Positions 38,820 through 47,837 of a stretch of DNA of 64,000 nt are shown here, in pieces. This DNA comes from a virus. Position 1 is the stretch's first letter. The number at the start of each line of letters is the position of its first letter. Made by a program: the position numbers and the translations under genes. Under the pieces are notes generated by a model. The model was not told the origin of the DNA, did no database searches, and saw only the letters and a list, made by a program, of their open reading frames with translations. The DNA is taken from IMG/VR virus record IMGVR_UViG_3300035698_025127, positions 1-64,000 of that record, one strand, 5' to 3'.

Positions 38820-39659
38820 ATGAGTGGAGCTACATACGATCCTTTTAGCCACAGATACGATGGCCTTTATTTTTTAGCATGGGATAGCTATAACCGTGCT
38901 ATTTATCATTGGTTGTCGGGCATTAAAGTTTACAATAAAACGAAACATAATGATGTAAATGTACTATTTAATACGCCAGAGCGTGCGCACGCAAGACTTA
39001 TTGCACCACAAACGAATCAAAGAGTAACAATACCAGCTCTGTCATTTTATATAAATTCTGTATCGCAAGATTTAAATAGACAGTTTTTTCCGACTGTACA
39101 TCCATGGACAACAATACCTACATATGACTCGGATGGGAATGTAGTATCCTGGCAACGTCACTCAAAAGCATTGCCATATGATCTTAGCTATACTGTAACT
39201 CTGTGGTATAAATACGATTTTGAAATGCAACAAGTAGAAGCAAATTTATTGTGGCGATTTACACCATTAAGCTATATAATGGGCAACGGCGCAGTATCAC
39301 CTATTTACTTGGAATCTATTTCGGACTCAAGCGATTTAGAGGTGGGTCCAGAAACAGATAGAGTGATGAGAAGAACATATTCGTTAAGAGTAGACGCATG
39401 GCTTCCGCTTCCATATCAAGAATTCGATCCACTATCGAATATAAATATAGGAATGGTTGGTGCCAGTGTTTTTTCTGATGACATTGGGGCAAATAATATA
39501 ACTGGAGATTCAGAAATTGACAATATAAATAGTCAGTTATTTGATAATTTAGATGAAAATGTAGATATAAGAGATATTAGTTTGATAACAATCGCTGAAG
39601 CCGTACCTGGTGTGATTACATATGAGACGCCTGTATTAGGTGGCGATGTTTTAATTTAA
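38820..39659 (+). CDS. Tail terminator/sheath stabiliser (gp15-like)
   Basis: TPERA..IPALS..D..R..PYDLSYTVTLW..RR.YSLRVDAWLP; precedes sheath. Confidence 0.75.
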   Translation: MSGATYDPFSHRYDGLYFLAWDSYNRAIYHWLSGIKVYNKTKHNDVNVLFNTPERAHARLIAPQTNQRVTIPALSFYINSVSQDLNRQFFPTVHPWTTIPTYDSDGNVVSWQRHSKALPYDLSYTVTLWYKYDFEMQQVEANLLWRFTPLSYIMGNGAVSPIYLESISDSSDLEVGPETDRVMRRTYSLRVDAWLPLPYQEFDPLSNINIGMVGASVFSDDIGANNITGDSEIDNINSQLFDNLDENVDIRDISLITIAEAVPGVITYETPVLGGDVLI

Positions 39660-39672
39660 GAATGGAGATAAA

Positions 39673-39843
39673 ATGAAAGCAATTCGAAACATTTCGGGTC
39701 AAACTTTAGGGTTAATTGTTAATGGAGAAACTGTTATCATCCACCCAAGAGAGGAACTTATTGTTAAAGAATACACAGCACAAATGGATAACATGGCATC
39801 TGCTCGCAAGAGAATGCTAAAAAAAATTATTGTTAGCAATTAA
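39673..39843 (+). CDS. Small protein (56 aa) missing from ORF track
   Basis: GGAG RBS; MKAIRNISGQTLGLIVNGETVIIHPREELIV...; fills the gap between gp15 and sheath. Confidence 0.7.
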   Translation: MKAIRNISGQTLGLIVNGETVIIHPREELIVKEYTAQMDNMASARKRMLKKIIVSN

Positions 39844-39855
39844 CGGAGGACAAAT

Positions 39856-42800
39856 ATGACAACATTACTAAGCCCCACAGTTGTTACTAGTGAAACTGAC
39901 TTGTCTTTTGTGGCACAGTCAATTTCGACAAGTATTGCTGGAATTGTTGGTGCTGCAAGTAAAGGTGCAGTAAATAAAAGGATATACTTGTCATCACAAG
40001 ATGACGTTATCATTAAATTGGGTAAACCACTATTGACAGATTACGGTGTTCAAACCGCTTCTCTGTTTATGAAACAGTCAAGCAACGGTTGGTATAATCG
40101 TATTGCTTCGCTACGCGGAAATGATCCTGTGGCAACTGCAAATACTGATACGAGGGCTCTGTTAACTCAAACCTCGCTTACAGCATTTGTAGCACCATCA
40201 GATATTATTGCTCTGGCTGGCGGAAGTTCTCAGAATCTTAGGTTGCGTTTTGATGATACTAATGATATTACAATAACTTTTACAACTGCTATTGTAACTT
40301 CTTTGGTGCGCTCAACAATGCTTGACACTATGATTGCGTTGACTGGTTGGTTGGACGGCGTACTAAGTTTAAATGGGACTGCTGAACCACGCTACGGGTT
40401 TACCGGCTATACTCAACTTGGTGATGGTTCTTACGTTCTGACAATTCAGAGCGAATTAAAATCCGGATTAAGCAAAATTGAAGTAATGGTCCCAACTGGA
40501 ACCGATGCTGCAAGTTATTTTGGCTGGACTTCCGGTGTTACCAGTGAAACCGGTACGCGTTCGATTGTATTGAATACCAATTTGACGTCCGCTGTCGTGA
40601 CTTCTTTGGCACAAGGCGTAAGTGGATATAACCTGGGAACATCTGCAACATCGACATCTGTAAATTCTGCTACATATAACCTTGGTGTTTTAGCAGATGG
40701 TAGTCTTGATGTAAATAATATGGGCGCATCCCCTAATGCATATTCTTTTGTATCAGTTTTGGAAAGCAATACGACTACTACAATGAATCTTGACAGTGAT
40801 GGAATTCACGCACAGGCTCAAGCTGCACCGTACGCATTTAATCCGGTTGTGCAAATTGTTGTTGACGGATATACAACTTCTATTGAAATTCCATTAACAA
40901 CATGGACAATTGGTGCTATTACAAATGCTAATATGCAAGATTTTGCAACTGCTATTAATACAGCTACTCCTTCTGGGTTGGGCGATATTGCATTCTACAA
41001 TACTGCAACTAAGAAAATGTATTTGCAATCTCCGGGCAAAAGCGTTGGCTATACTTATATTAGTGTACCGTTGGAACAATCTGATACGGTAGCAGGAAAT
41101 GCTGCTATGGCTATTAGAGCAATGAATTTTTTAGGGTTTGATTTTCAAGACGTTAAGGTCCAAAATCAAATAACTATTGAAACTGAAACAAGTTCTGAAA
41201 CAATTTCGTTTGATTATACTACTGTACATTCTTACGGATTGTCTCCGGCATCATTAACCACAGCACAAGTTGTTAGTCTTATTAATGCACAATTCGGATC
41301 TACTATTGCAAGTATTGATAGCGGATTAAATATTTCTCTGGCTAACGACTATCGTGGTATTGACGGGTTTGTTAAGGCAAGTGGATATCAAACAAGTAAA
41401 TTGGCTATTGATTCTACTGCCTTTGACTATACTAGCAGTTGGTATTTACCTTCAAGTTCTCCGATTCGTTTAATCGGCGCCGAAACTGCTACTGCGGCTG
41501 GGTTAAATAATACATATCTAAAATGCAGTTTTGGAACGGATTGGGCAATTGTGCGTATTAATAATACTACATATGCATCTGATCCTGTGGCAATTGGATC
41601 TGCAAAACTAGATGTAGAGGCAACTTCTTTTGCTGCAACTCCTACTCAAATTAATGCATTTAAAATTGCTTTGGCCGCTGTATTATTCGGGCATGTTATA
41701 AGTTCTCCGGGCGATGGATTTGTTATTGGCGAATGGACTGTTGGAACATTAGTAGCAGCAGGAACCGAATTGAGAGTTTATAACGGTGGTGGTCTTACTG
41801 CTGGACGAGTAAGAGTTGTTGATAGTAATGATAATACTGCAACTACTTATCCAGCTTCTCATGAAGGTAATATTTCATATGTTGTAACAGCATTGCCTGC
41901 ACCAGATACAACAACAGTAACACTTCGGGATGCCGGTGGAACAAATGTTCTTACTGTGACATCATTACATGATGATAGAGAACTTCACTTATATGTAGAT
42001 AATACGCCAGCATTGACGTTTGCCGGTAAAACAATGACCGGATTCGCAAGCTCTGGTAGTTATGCTACTTGGCTACAAAAATCATCAAATACTGTAACAG
42101 GTGATGAAACAGCCGAATTGACAATTGGCGCAGGCGGCGATTTATCTTCTGTAGGTCAACTTTCAGTTAGTACAACAGATGCTTCATGGGCATTAGTATT
42201 AGACTTATTGTTTGATGATGGTGCCGGAACTGATTATTCTGCATTGGTTGCTGTTGTGCCAAGCGGAACTACGGCATTTACAACTTCAATTAAGGGTGGA
42301 CATAGTATAGCAGTTGCGGAATGCCCTGTTGACGTTATTACTCTTGCACAGGGTAATGGATATGATGTTACATGGACTGCTGGCACCGGTTCTTATGCAT
42401 ATGTTAATACTGCAACGGGTACTTTAGATTTTGCTCTTGATGCACTAAAATTAAATGGTCAGGATTTACCTTCTGCTGGTGCTGGCGGCAAAGCCAAGGG
42501 TTATTTGATTGGTAATGCCGACATTGAATATATTTTCCGTCCATCAACTGTTACACCGGGCGCATATGCAGCTCAGTGGCAGAATGGTAGAATTACAACT
42601 TCTCGTGTAGCTTATAACGATATAACTTCAACATTTGTTGCCACTGCTCGTTCGTTCTTCCCGAATGATGATTGGGGTGGCGGCTACAATAGGTTTGCTG
42701 TTGTCGTAGATGATGATTATACCGTAGATATTGATTTTAATGATTATACATTTGTTGATCAAAGTGCTGCAACCGCAAGTGAAACTGCCGATGCTCTTAA

Positions 42801-44568
42801 TGCTCGTGCAAAACTCATTAATAGTACGCTAAATGGTTTTGCCACAGCAGTAAGCAATAAGATTGTATTAACAAGTCCTACAAAAGGCGTTTCAAGTCAG
42901 CTTCGCGGAGTTATTGATAATACCGCATTAGATTTTTCTGCTATTGTTAGTACACCTGCAACTGGTAGTGGTTATCCCAATCTATCCTTTAAGGTGGATG
43001 GCGGGACTACAAATACTATTGATTTTACTGACTATGCAGGTATTTTGATTGCAGATCAAAGTGCGGCTACTGCTGATGAAGTCGTTGCTTCCATTCTCAG
43101 AGGAACATCTCTAAGTAGCAGTCTTGTCTATACAGACGGCGTTGGTGTTGCAACTACAGTAAATGTCAAGAGTCTTGTTACCGGCACAAGTGGTACCGTG
43201 GAAATTCTGACAGCTAATCAGGCACTGGGTGACGAGTTTGGTATTCAAACTGTTTATACTGGGACCCAAACTGAAGTTGCTGCCGGCGTTGCTTTTGCAG
43301 TAAGTCCTGGTACTTGGGCAAATGCTGACGAGGATGCTCTGAAAATTAAATTTACTGACGAAAATCCGCTGTTCTTTGCGCCTAATACTTCTCGTGTAGA
43401 TATTTATAGTGGTTCTACTATTTTAGCATCATATCGCGAAGTTTCTCCTGATCCTGATGCTGATGGCAGCCATGGAACAACCGGAGAGGGAACATTCATT
43501 GAGGACGAACTTGGTAATAGCAATGACGTTGCCAACGGAACTAATCCTAATCCATATTTCGCGTTTGACCTTGACGAAGATTTAACTACAGACGTCATTG
43601 ATTATAATGGTGGAAAATTTAAGTCTGGAACTTATTCGTTAAGTGGCGGAGCTGATGGTATCAATGAATTAACTGGAAGTGATTTTGTTGGTGTTTCTTA
43701 TGATTCCACATATGGTGGACCTACAGGAATTCAGAATTTTGCTGATAAGCATTCATCATTTATTAACTTCCTGGTTGCCCCAGGCCGTTCAGATAGTGCT
43801 GTTATTCAGTCATTATTCTCTGTAGCTGAAGAACGCGGCGATTGTTTGGCCCTTGTGGATCCGCCTATCTCTCTGAGACCAGAACAAGTAGTGGATTGGC
43901 ACAATGGCCTAGGTTATGGTAATAGTGTGGCATTTAACACAAGTTACGCAGCATTATACGGTACTTGGTTCTATCATAGTGATCCGTATAATAACACGAA
44001 TATTTATTTACCACCTAGTGCATATCTGCTAAAGCAGTATGCATATAGCGATTCCATTTCGGAACCATGGTTTGCAGTAGCAGGTGATACGCGCGGTAAA
44101 GTTACCGGTGCTATTGGGGTTGAATATTCACCAAACGAGGGTGAACGCGACTTAATGTACGGCAATGGAAATGCAGTGAATCCGATTGTTAATTTCGTAC
44201 AAAGCGGAATTAAAATCTGGGGCCAGAAAACCCTTTCACGCACAGAGTCTTCATTGAATCGTATCAATGTGAGGCGTTTATTCTTGTTTGCTCGTAGAAC
44301 CGTAGAATTAGCCTCACAAGTTATATTGTTTGAACCTAATGATGCGTTGACCCGTAAGAAATTGGTGGAAATAATTGAAGGTGCTATGTCCGATATTCTA
44401 TCAAGACGCGGTATTACAAGATTCCAGGTTGAAGACAAGACTGATGCTTTCCTGATTAATCAGAATAGAATCAAGATTGTTGTGTTTGTTGAACCACAAC
44501 AAACTGCTGAATTCATTGAGATTCCGTTTATTGTAACCGGTAGCGGACAAGCATTTATCGAAGGTTAA
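39856..44568 (+). CDS. Tail sheath protein (gp18-like) with ~1000-aa insertion
   Basis: LSPTVVTSETDLS, GIVGAASKG; C-terminal ERGDCLALVD, PWFAVAG.TRG, IWGQKT, RINVRRL, FEPND. Confidence 0.95.
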   Translation: MTTLLSPTVVTSETDLSFVAQSISTSIAGIVGAASKGAVNKRIYLSSQDDVIIKLGKPLLTDYGVQTASLFMKQSSNGWYNRIASLRGNDPVATANTDTRALLTQTSLTAFVAPSDIIALAGGSSQNLRLRFDDTNDITITFTTAIVTSLVRSTMLDTMIALTGWLDGVLSLNGTAEPRYGFTGYTQLGDGSYVLTIQSELKSGLSKIEVMVPTGTDAASYFGWTSGVTSETGTRSIVLNTNLTSAVVTSLAQGVSGYNLGTSATSTSVNSATYNLGVLADGSLDVNNMGASPNAYSFVSVLESNTTTTMNLDSDGIHAQAQAAPYAFNPVVQIVVDGYTTSIEIPLTTWTIGAITNANMQDFATAINTATPSGLGDIAFYNTATKKMYLQSPGKSVGYTYISVPLEQSDTVAGNAAMAIRAMNFLGFDFQDVKVQNQITIETETSSETISFDYTTVHSYGLSPASLTTAQVVSLINAQFGSTIASIDSGLNISLANDYRGIDGFVKASGYQTSKLAIDSTAFDYTSSWYLPSSSPIRLIGAETATAAGLNNTYLKCSFGTDWAIVRINNTTYASDPVAIGSAKLDVEATSFAATPTQINAFKIALAAVLFGHVISSPGDGFVIGEWTVGTLVAAGTELRVYNGGGLTAGRVRVVDSNDNTATTYPASHEGNISYVVTALPAPDTTTVTLRDAGGTNVLTVTSLHDDRELHLYVDNTPALTFAGKTMTGFASSGSYATWLQKSSNTVTGDETAELTIGAGGDLSSVGQLSVSTTDASWALVLDLLFDDGAGTDYSALVAVVPSGTTAFTTSIKGGHSIAVAECPVDVITLAQGNGYDVTWTAGTGSYAYVNTATGTLDFALDALKLNGQDLPSAGAGGKAKGYLIGNADIEYIFRPSTVTPGAYAAQWQNGRITTSRVAYNDITSTFVATARSFFPNDDWGGGYNRFAVVVDDDYTVDIDFNDYTFVDQSAATASETADALNARAKLINSTLNGFATAVSNKIVLTSPTKGVSSQLRGVIDNTALDFSAIVSTPATGSGYPNLSFKVDGGTTNTIDFTDYAGILIADQSAATADEVVASILRGTSLSSSLVYTDGVGVATTVNVKSLVTGTSGTVEILTANQALGDEFGIQTVYTGTQTEVAAGVAFAVSPGTWANADEDALKIKFTDENPLFFAPNTSRVDIYSGSTILASYREVSPDPDADGSHGTTGEGTFIEDELGNSNDVANGTNPNPYFAFDLDEDLTTDVIDYNGGKFKSGTYSLSGGADGINELTGSDFVGVSYDSTYGGPTGIQNFADKHSSFINFLVAPGRSDSAVIQSLFSVAEERGDCLALVDPPISLRPEQVVDWHNGLGYGNSVAFNTSYAALYGTWFYHSDPYNNTNIYLPPSAYLLKQYAYSDSISEPWFAVAGDTRGKVTGAIGVEYSPNEGERDLMYGNGNAVNPIVNFVQSGIKIWGQKTLSRTESSLNRINVRRLFLFARRTVELASQVILFEPNDALTRKKLVEIIEGAMSDILSRRGITRFQVEDKTDAFLINQNRIKIVVFVEPQQTAEFIEIPFIVTGSGQAFIEG

Positions 44569-44580
44569 GGAGAATAAAAC

Positions 44581-45270
44581 ATGGGAATTTTAGGAATAGT
44601 TGGCAATTCGCGAATTGGCAATGAAGTTGATGGCATGGGAAACTATGACGTTAAACGAAATAATATGTGGGAAATGAAACTGGCCCGTTCGTTTGGCTCA
44701 GATGATTTTCGCAATTCCTTTACTCTACAGATGAATAAGGCTGCAAGACCTAATTTCACTTTGGGCGAAGTCGAATTACAAAGGGGTAACGAACGTTGGT
44801 ACGTTGCCTCTAAACCAGTCGCACAGGATTTGGCAGTTTCGTTTTATGACGCTTTACCATCTCAGGGTGTAAGTTATACTTATCAGCGTGAAGGCGTACA
44901 AAGTCCACACCCGGCTGGTAATCCTGATATGCGTAGTGCATCGCAAATATTGTATAACTGGTATTTACTAATATATAATCCGTCTTCTGGGTATATGGGA
45001 TTAGCAAGTGAATATCAAACTAATGCATATATTACGTTATATTCAGGTAGCGGTGAACCTATCGAACGTTGGATGTATCTTGGTTTATGGCCAAGAGAAG
45101 TAAATATGGGCGATTTAGACCATGCCACTGAAGGCGATCCTCTAACAATCGAAGCGACTTTTAGATTTAATAAAGTCTATCGTATTGACCCAGGTACAAC
45201 AGCAGAACCTACAGATGGTGATGCTCAGTTGTTACCAGAAACAGCAGAGAGTTCTTTTAATATCCTCTAA
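44581..45270 (+). CDS. Tail tube protein (gp19-like)
   Basis: KRNNMW, AARP.F...E, W...IYNP.SG.MGLA.EY, W...G.WP..V.MGDLD. Confidence 0.9.
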   Translation: MGILGIVGNSRIGNEVDGMGNYDVKRNNMWEMKLARSFGSDDFRNSFTLQMNKAARPNFTLGEVELQRGNERWYVASKPVAQDLAVSFYDALPSQGVSYTYQREGVQSPHPAGNPDMRSASQILYNWYLLIYNPSSGYMGLASEYQTNAYITLYSGSGEPIERWMYLGLWPREVNMGDLDHATEGDPLTIEATFRFNKVYRIDPGTTAEPTDGDAQLLPETAESSFNIL

Positions 45271-45279
45271 TAACTAATT

Positions 45280-45321
45280 AAGCACAGCACTTAGAAAAAG
45301 TTTAAGTGCTGTGCTTTTCTT
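45280..45321 (+). terminator. Intrinsic terminator after tail tube
   Basis: AAGCACAGCACTTAGA-aaaag-TTTAAGTGCTGTGCTT then TTCTT. Confidence 0.85.
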
Positions 45322-45339
45322 TGAAACGCGAGTAACAAA

Positions 45340-45639
45340 ATGTCAAAAATAACAGAATTTAGTACATTTTCAGAAAACAAAATTGACGCAAAGACAATTA
45401 GGGCAGTCGGCAATAAGTTGGGTATTAATTGGAATAAAATCCCATTTTCAGAATTTGAAGCGGGATATTATGTAGAATTAGAACACGGATTACAAGACCC
45501 CGAAACAAATGCAACAAATGACGATCCTGTTATGACAGCCAAAATTGCATGGGTTCATCTAAAGGAATTTTCAGACTATTATACTCGTCTCAAGAAAATG
45601 GAACGAGAAGGCAAGGAACAAAAAAATAGGGAACATTAA
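45340..45639 (+). CDS. DUF5661-family protein
   Basis: GYYVELEH...TNDDP..TAKIAWVHLKEFSDYYTRLKKME. Confidence 0.75.
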   Translation: MSKITEFSTFSENKIDAKTIRAVGNKLGINWNKIPFSEFEAGYYVELEHGLQDPETNATNDDPVMTAKIAWVHLKEFSDYYTRLKKMEREGKEQKNREH

Positions 45640-46159
45640 GAATTTTATTAGTGATATAATTAGTGAAGGCAAAAAACCTCGAAAATTTGATGTTGGTGAT
45701 ATTGTTAGAATTAAATTATATGATGATGGCCCACTATCAAAACAACCGCTAGGCAAAGTTTTTAGTATAGTCGGCTATGATAATTATACCGGAAAATGGA
45801 AATATAAAGTAAAAGAACAGGGATCCGGAGTACGTAAAACCTGGTCTGAAAACAATTTAATTTTAGTAAAGAAAGTCAAAGAGGGTGTCAATAAAGTAGC
45901 CGCCCCTAAAGATAAAATCACAAAACAAGTTAAAGATTTAAGTACAAGTTTAGATTATTTTATAAAAAACGAGTTAGTAAAAAATGCAGGCAATCCTTCA
46001 AAATATTATGCAAATATAGCCGATATTTTGGGTATTTTTGTACGTATATTAAAAATAACTAAAGACACAGATATCATAAAACATATTGAAAGTACAATAA
46101 AAATTTTACAAAATCGTAGCGCTTCATATCGCAATCATACTGATACATGGGAATGGTAA
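45626..46159 (+). CDS. Open frame lacking a canonical start (ATA start or +1 frameshift fusion to DUF5661 gene); SH3/KOW-like segment
   Basis: Frame open 45563-46159; RKFDVGDIVRIK...YKVKE...WSENNLILV; AAGGA 8 nt before ATA 45626. Confidence 0.6.
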   Translation: MGNIKNFISDIISEGKKPRKFDVGDIVRIKLYDDGPLSKQPLGKVFSIVGYDNYTGKWKYKVKEQGSGVRKTWSENNLILVKKVKEGVNKVAAPKDKITKQVKDLSTSLDYFIKNELVKNAGNPSKYYANIADILGIFVRILKITKDTDIIKHIESTIKILQNRSASYRNHTDTWEW

Positions 46160-46162
46160 AAC

Positions 46163-46191
46163 TTGACAAATATCTAAAAGTATGTTATAGT
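46163..46191 (+). promoter_or_regulatory. sigma70-type promoter TTGACA-17nt-TATAGT, extended -10
   Basis: TTGACA 46163-46168, TG 46183-84, TATAGT 46186-46191. Confidence 0.85.
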
Positions 46192-46197
46192 TCTATT

Positions 46198-46482
46198 TAG
46201 GCAACTGTCTTGTTTAAATTTGTTCCTTGTCAGCGATAAGGAGCCTACAAAGGTTTTTCGGTGTACCCGCCCAGCGAAACATCGGTTTTTGTTTTATCAT
46301 GGGTTCGCCAACTTTTCCGTTGTGATAAAATGTAAGTGTCAAAAGGCGTATAACGACACATTTCCTATGTACCACGATGTACAAAAGGAAACAGCCTCGT
46401 CATCGGCGGGGCCAGCCCCACCACGGATAGTATCTGTGGCCCTACCCCCCTTCGTTCGAAAGTTGGGGGGTTTCTTTTTTTC
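46198..46482 (+). ncRNA. Uncharacterised multi-hairpin non-coding RNA (~285 nt)
   Basis: Own promoter and terminator; at least seven consecutive stem-loops, several with G-U pairs on + strand; no RBS-supported ORF. Confidence 0.7.
46444..46482 (+). terminator. Intrinsic terminator of the ncRNA
   Basis: ACCCCCC...GGGGGGT then TTCTTTTTTT. Confidence 0.85.
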
Positions 46483-46511
46483 TTGACAAAACGGCCGTCT
46501 TGTGTTACTAT
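46483..46511 (+). promoter_or_regulatory. sigma70-type promoter TTGACA-17nt-TACTAT, extended -10
   Basis: TTGACA 46483-88, TG 46503-04, TACTAT 46506-11; AAGGAG RBS follows. Confidence 0.8.
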
Positions 46512-46532
46512 ACAACCATAAGGAGATTAGAT

Positions 46533-46994
46533 ATGATTTATTTTGTAATGTTTGTCGTTGCGGCCACGGTACACTTTATAGTAGACTTTTTGTTTCAGAC
46601 ACACGAAACGGCAGTCAACAAGAAACAAAATAATTCGGTGTTATTCAGACATTGCTCATGGTATGCGGTTTGGGTTAGCTTGGCATTTAGTGCGGCCCTT
46701 TTTAAGTTTGGCAATTTATATTATACCGTTGGAGTGGCAGCAGTTTTCGGAGCCCTTTTGATATCCCATTATTACATTGACAACGGGTTTTTAATGATCC
46801 TGTGGGCAAAATATATCCATAAAAATCCACGCTTTGAGGGTGTAAAAAGTATGGATGAAGGTAATAAGGCATTATTCGAAGACTGTCTCGAAAATCCGTT
46901 TAGACCTACAATTTATATCGCCGTAGACCAGATTATGCATATTAGTGTAATCGCAATTATTTCTTTAGTTATATGGGGTATTGCAAATGTCTAA
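46533..46994 (+). CDS. DUF3307-family membrane protein
   Basis: HFIVDFLFQT..KK..LFRH..SHYYID..DQIMH; start moved to ATG 46533 after AAGGAG. Confidence 0.8.
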   Translation: MIYFVMFVVAATVHFIVDFLFQTHETAVNKKQNNSVLFRHCSWYAVWVSLAFSAALFKFGNLYYTVGVAAVFGALLISHYYIDNGFLMILWAKYIHKNPRFEGVKSMDEGNKALFEDCLENPFRPTIYIAVDQIMHISVIAIISLVIWGIANV

Positions 46995-47448
46995 GGCAGT
47001 GGTAAATGTTGAAGGCAATCTTCAGACAATAGTTCTTCTTGTGCACTTATTGGAATTTTATACTATTGATAATATTATTCCGATAAGAATACCGCAAAGA
47101 AAACGGGAATCAATGTATCTTCAATGGCGGATTTTAGAATCGTTTGGCATTGAAAGCAATGACAAGATTTTGTATATTCGCGATACGATTGACGCATATC
47201 TTAAAGAAAATGAAGATATTGTTACTCCGTTCGATGAGAAACGGCTTGAAACGTTCACTAAAAACGTGACTACAGCGGCTTTGGAAGACATAGCATTGTG
47301 TGAGGACGCAGACATGTATACAGTCGATAATACTGAAATTTTTGGCAGTATGACAGCTAATGAAATAACTGATGAAATGGCAATAAAATATTGTAAAGAC
47401 AAAGTTCCCGAAAAATTAATTACAAAAATTATGGGAGAACCAAAATGA
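46987..47448 (+). CDS. Hypothetical protein with degenerate QueC/PP-loop-like N-terminus
   Basis: MSKAVVNVEGNLQTIVLL...PQRKRE...ILESFGI resembles KAVVLxSGGLDS...GQRH..E...A..LG. Confidence 0.45.
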   Translation: MSKAVVNVEGNLQTIVLLVHLLEFYTIDNIIPIRIPQRKRESMYLQWRILESFGIESNDKILYIRDTIDAYLKENEDIVTPFDEKRLETFTKNVTTAALEDIALCEDADMYTVDNTEIFGSMTANEITDEMAIKYCKDKVPEKLITKIMGEPK

Positions 47449-47837
47449 TGGATAAACTTGAAAGTCTTTTAGCGCAACTTGATACTATTGAAGCGAGAAT
47501 GCCGCTTATTGACACTCAGGACGAAGCACAATTTGCCTTTGACTTGACGGACAATCTCATTGAGCAAATTAAAGCTATCATGTCAGGCAAAAATTACTTT
47601 TACGGTAAAATTACAAACAAGACCGATAAGGAATTTGATGCATCCGGTTTCCCGAGTGATGTTGTAAAATGTATTATTGACCCCATGGAGACATATTATT
47701 TCCCGTTTCCCAATTCCGATACTCAAACACTTATTGATACTGCCCGTGGCTATCGTAAACACGGATTTACATGCGAAAAATATACCGGGCGATTTGGTGA
47801 AAACTATTTTATTATAGAATTCGTTGTAAATTCGTAG
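47445..47837 (+). CDS. Hypothetical protein
   Basis: 130 aa, GGAG RBS. Confidence 0.6.
   Translation: MMDKLESLLAQLDTIEARMPLIDTQDEAQFAFDLTDNLIEQIKAIMSGKNYFYGKITNKTDKEFDASGFPSDVVKCIIDPMETYYFPFPNSDTQTLIDTARGYRKHGFTCEKYTGRFGENYFIIEFVVNS

Noticed and set aside
45340-46159. Lambda G/G-T-type tail chaperone frameshift after tail tube gene
   Set aside because: A terminator separates it from the tube gene, the upstream protein is DUF5661-like, the shift is +1 and no tape measure follows
46220-46486. 88-aa track ORF over the hairpin region
   Set aside because: TTG start with no RBS, runs through the terminator; region is better explained as structured RNA
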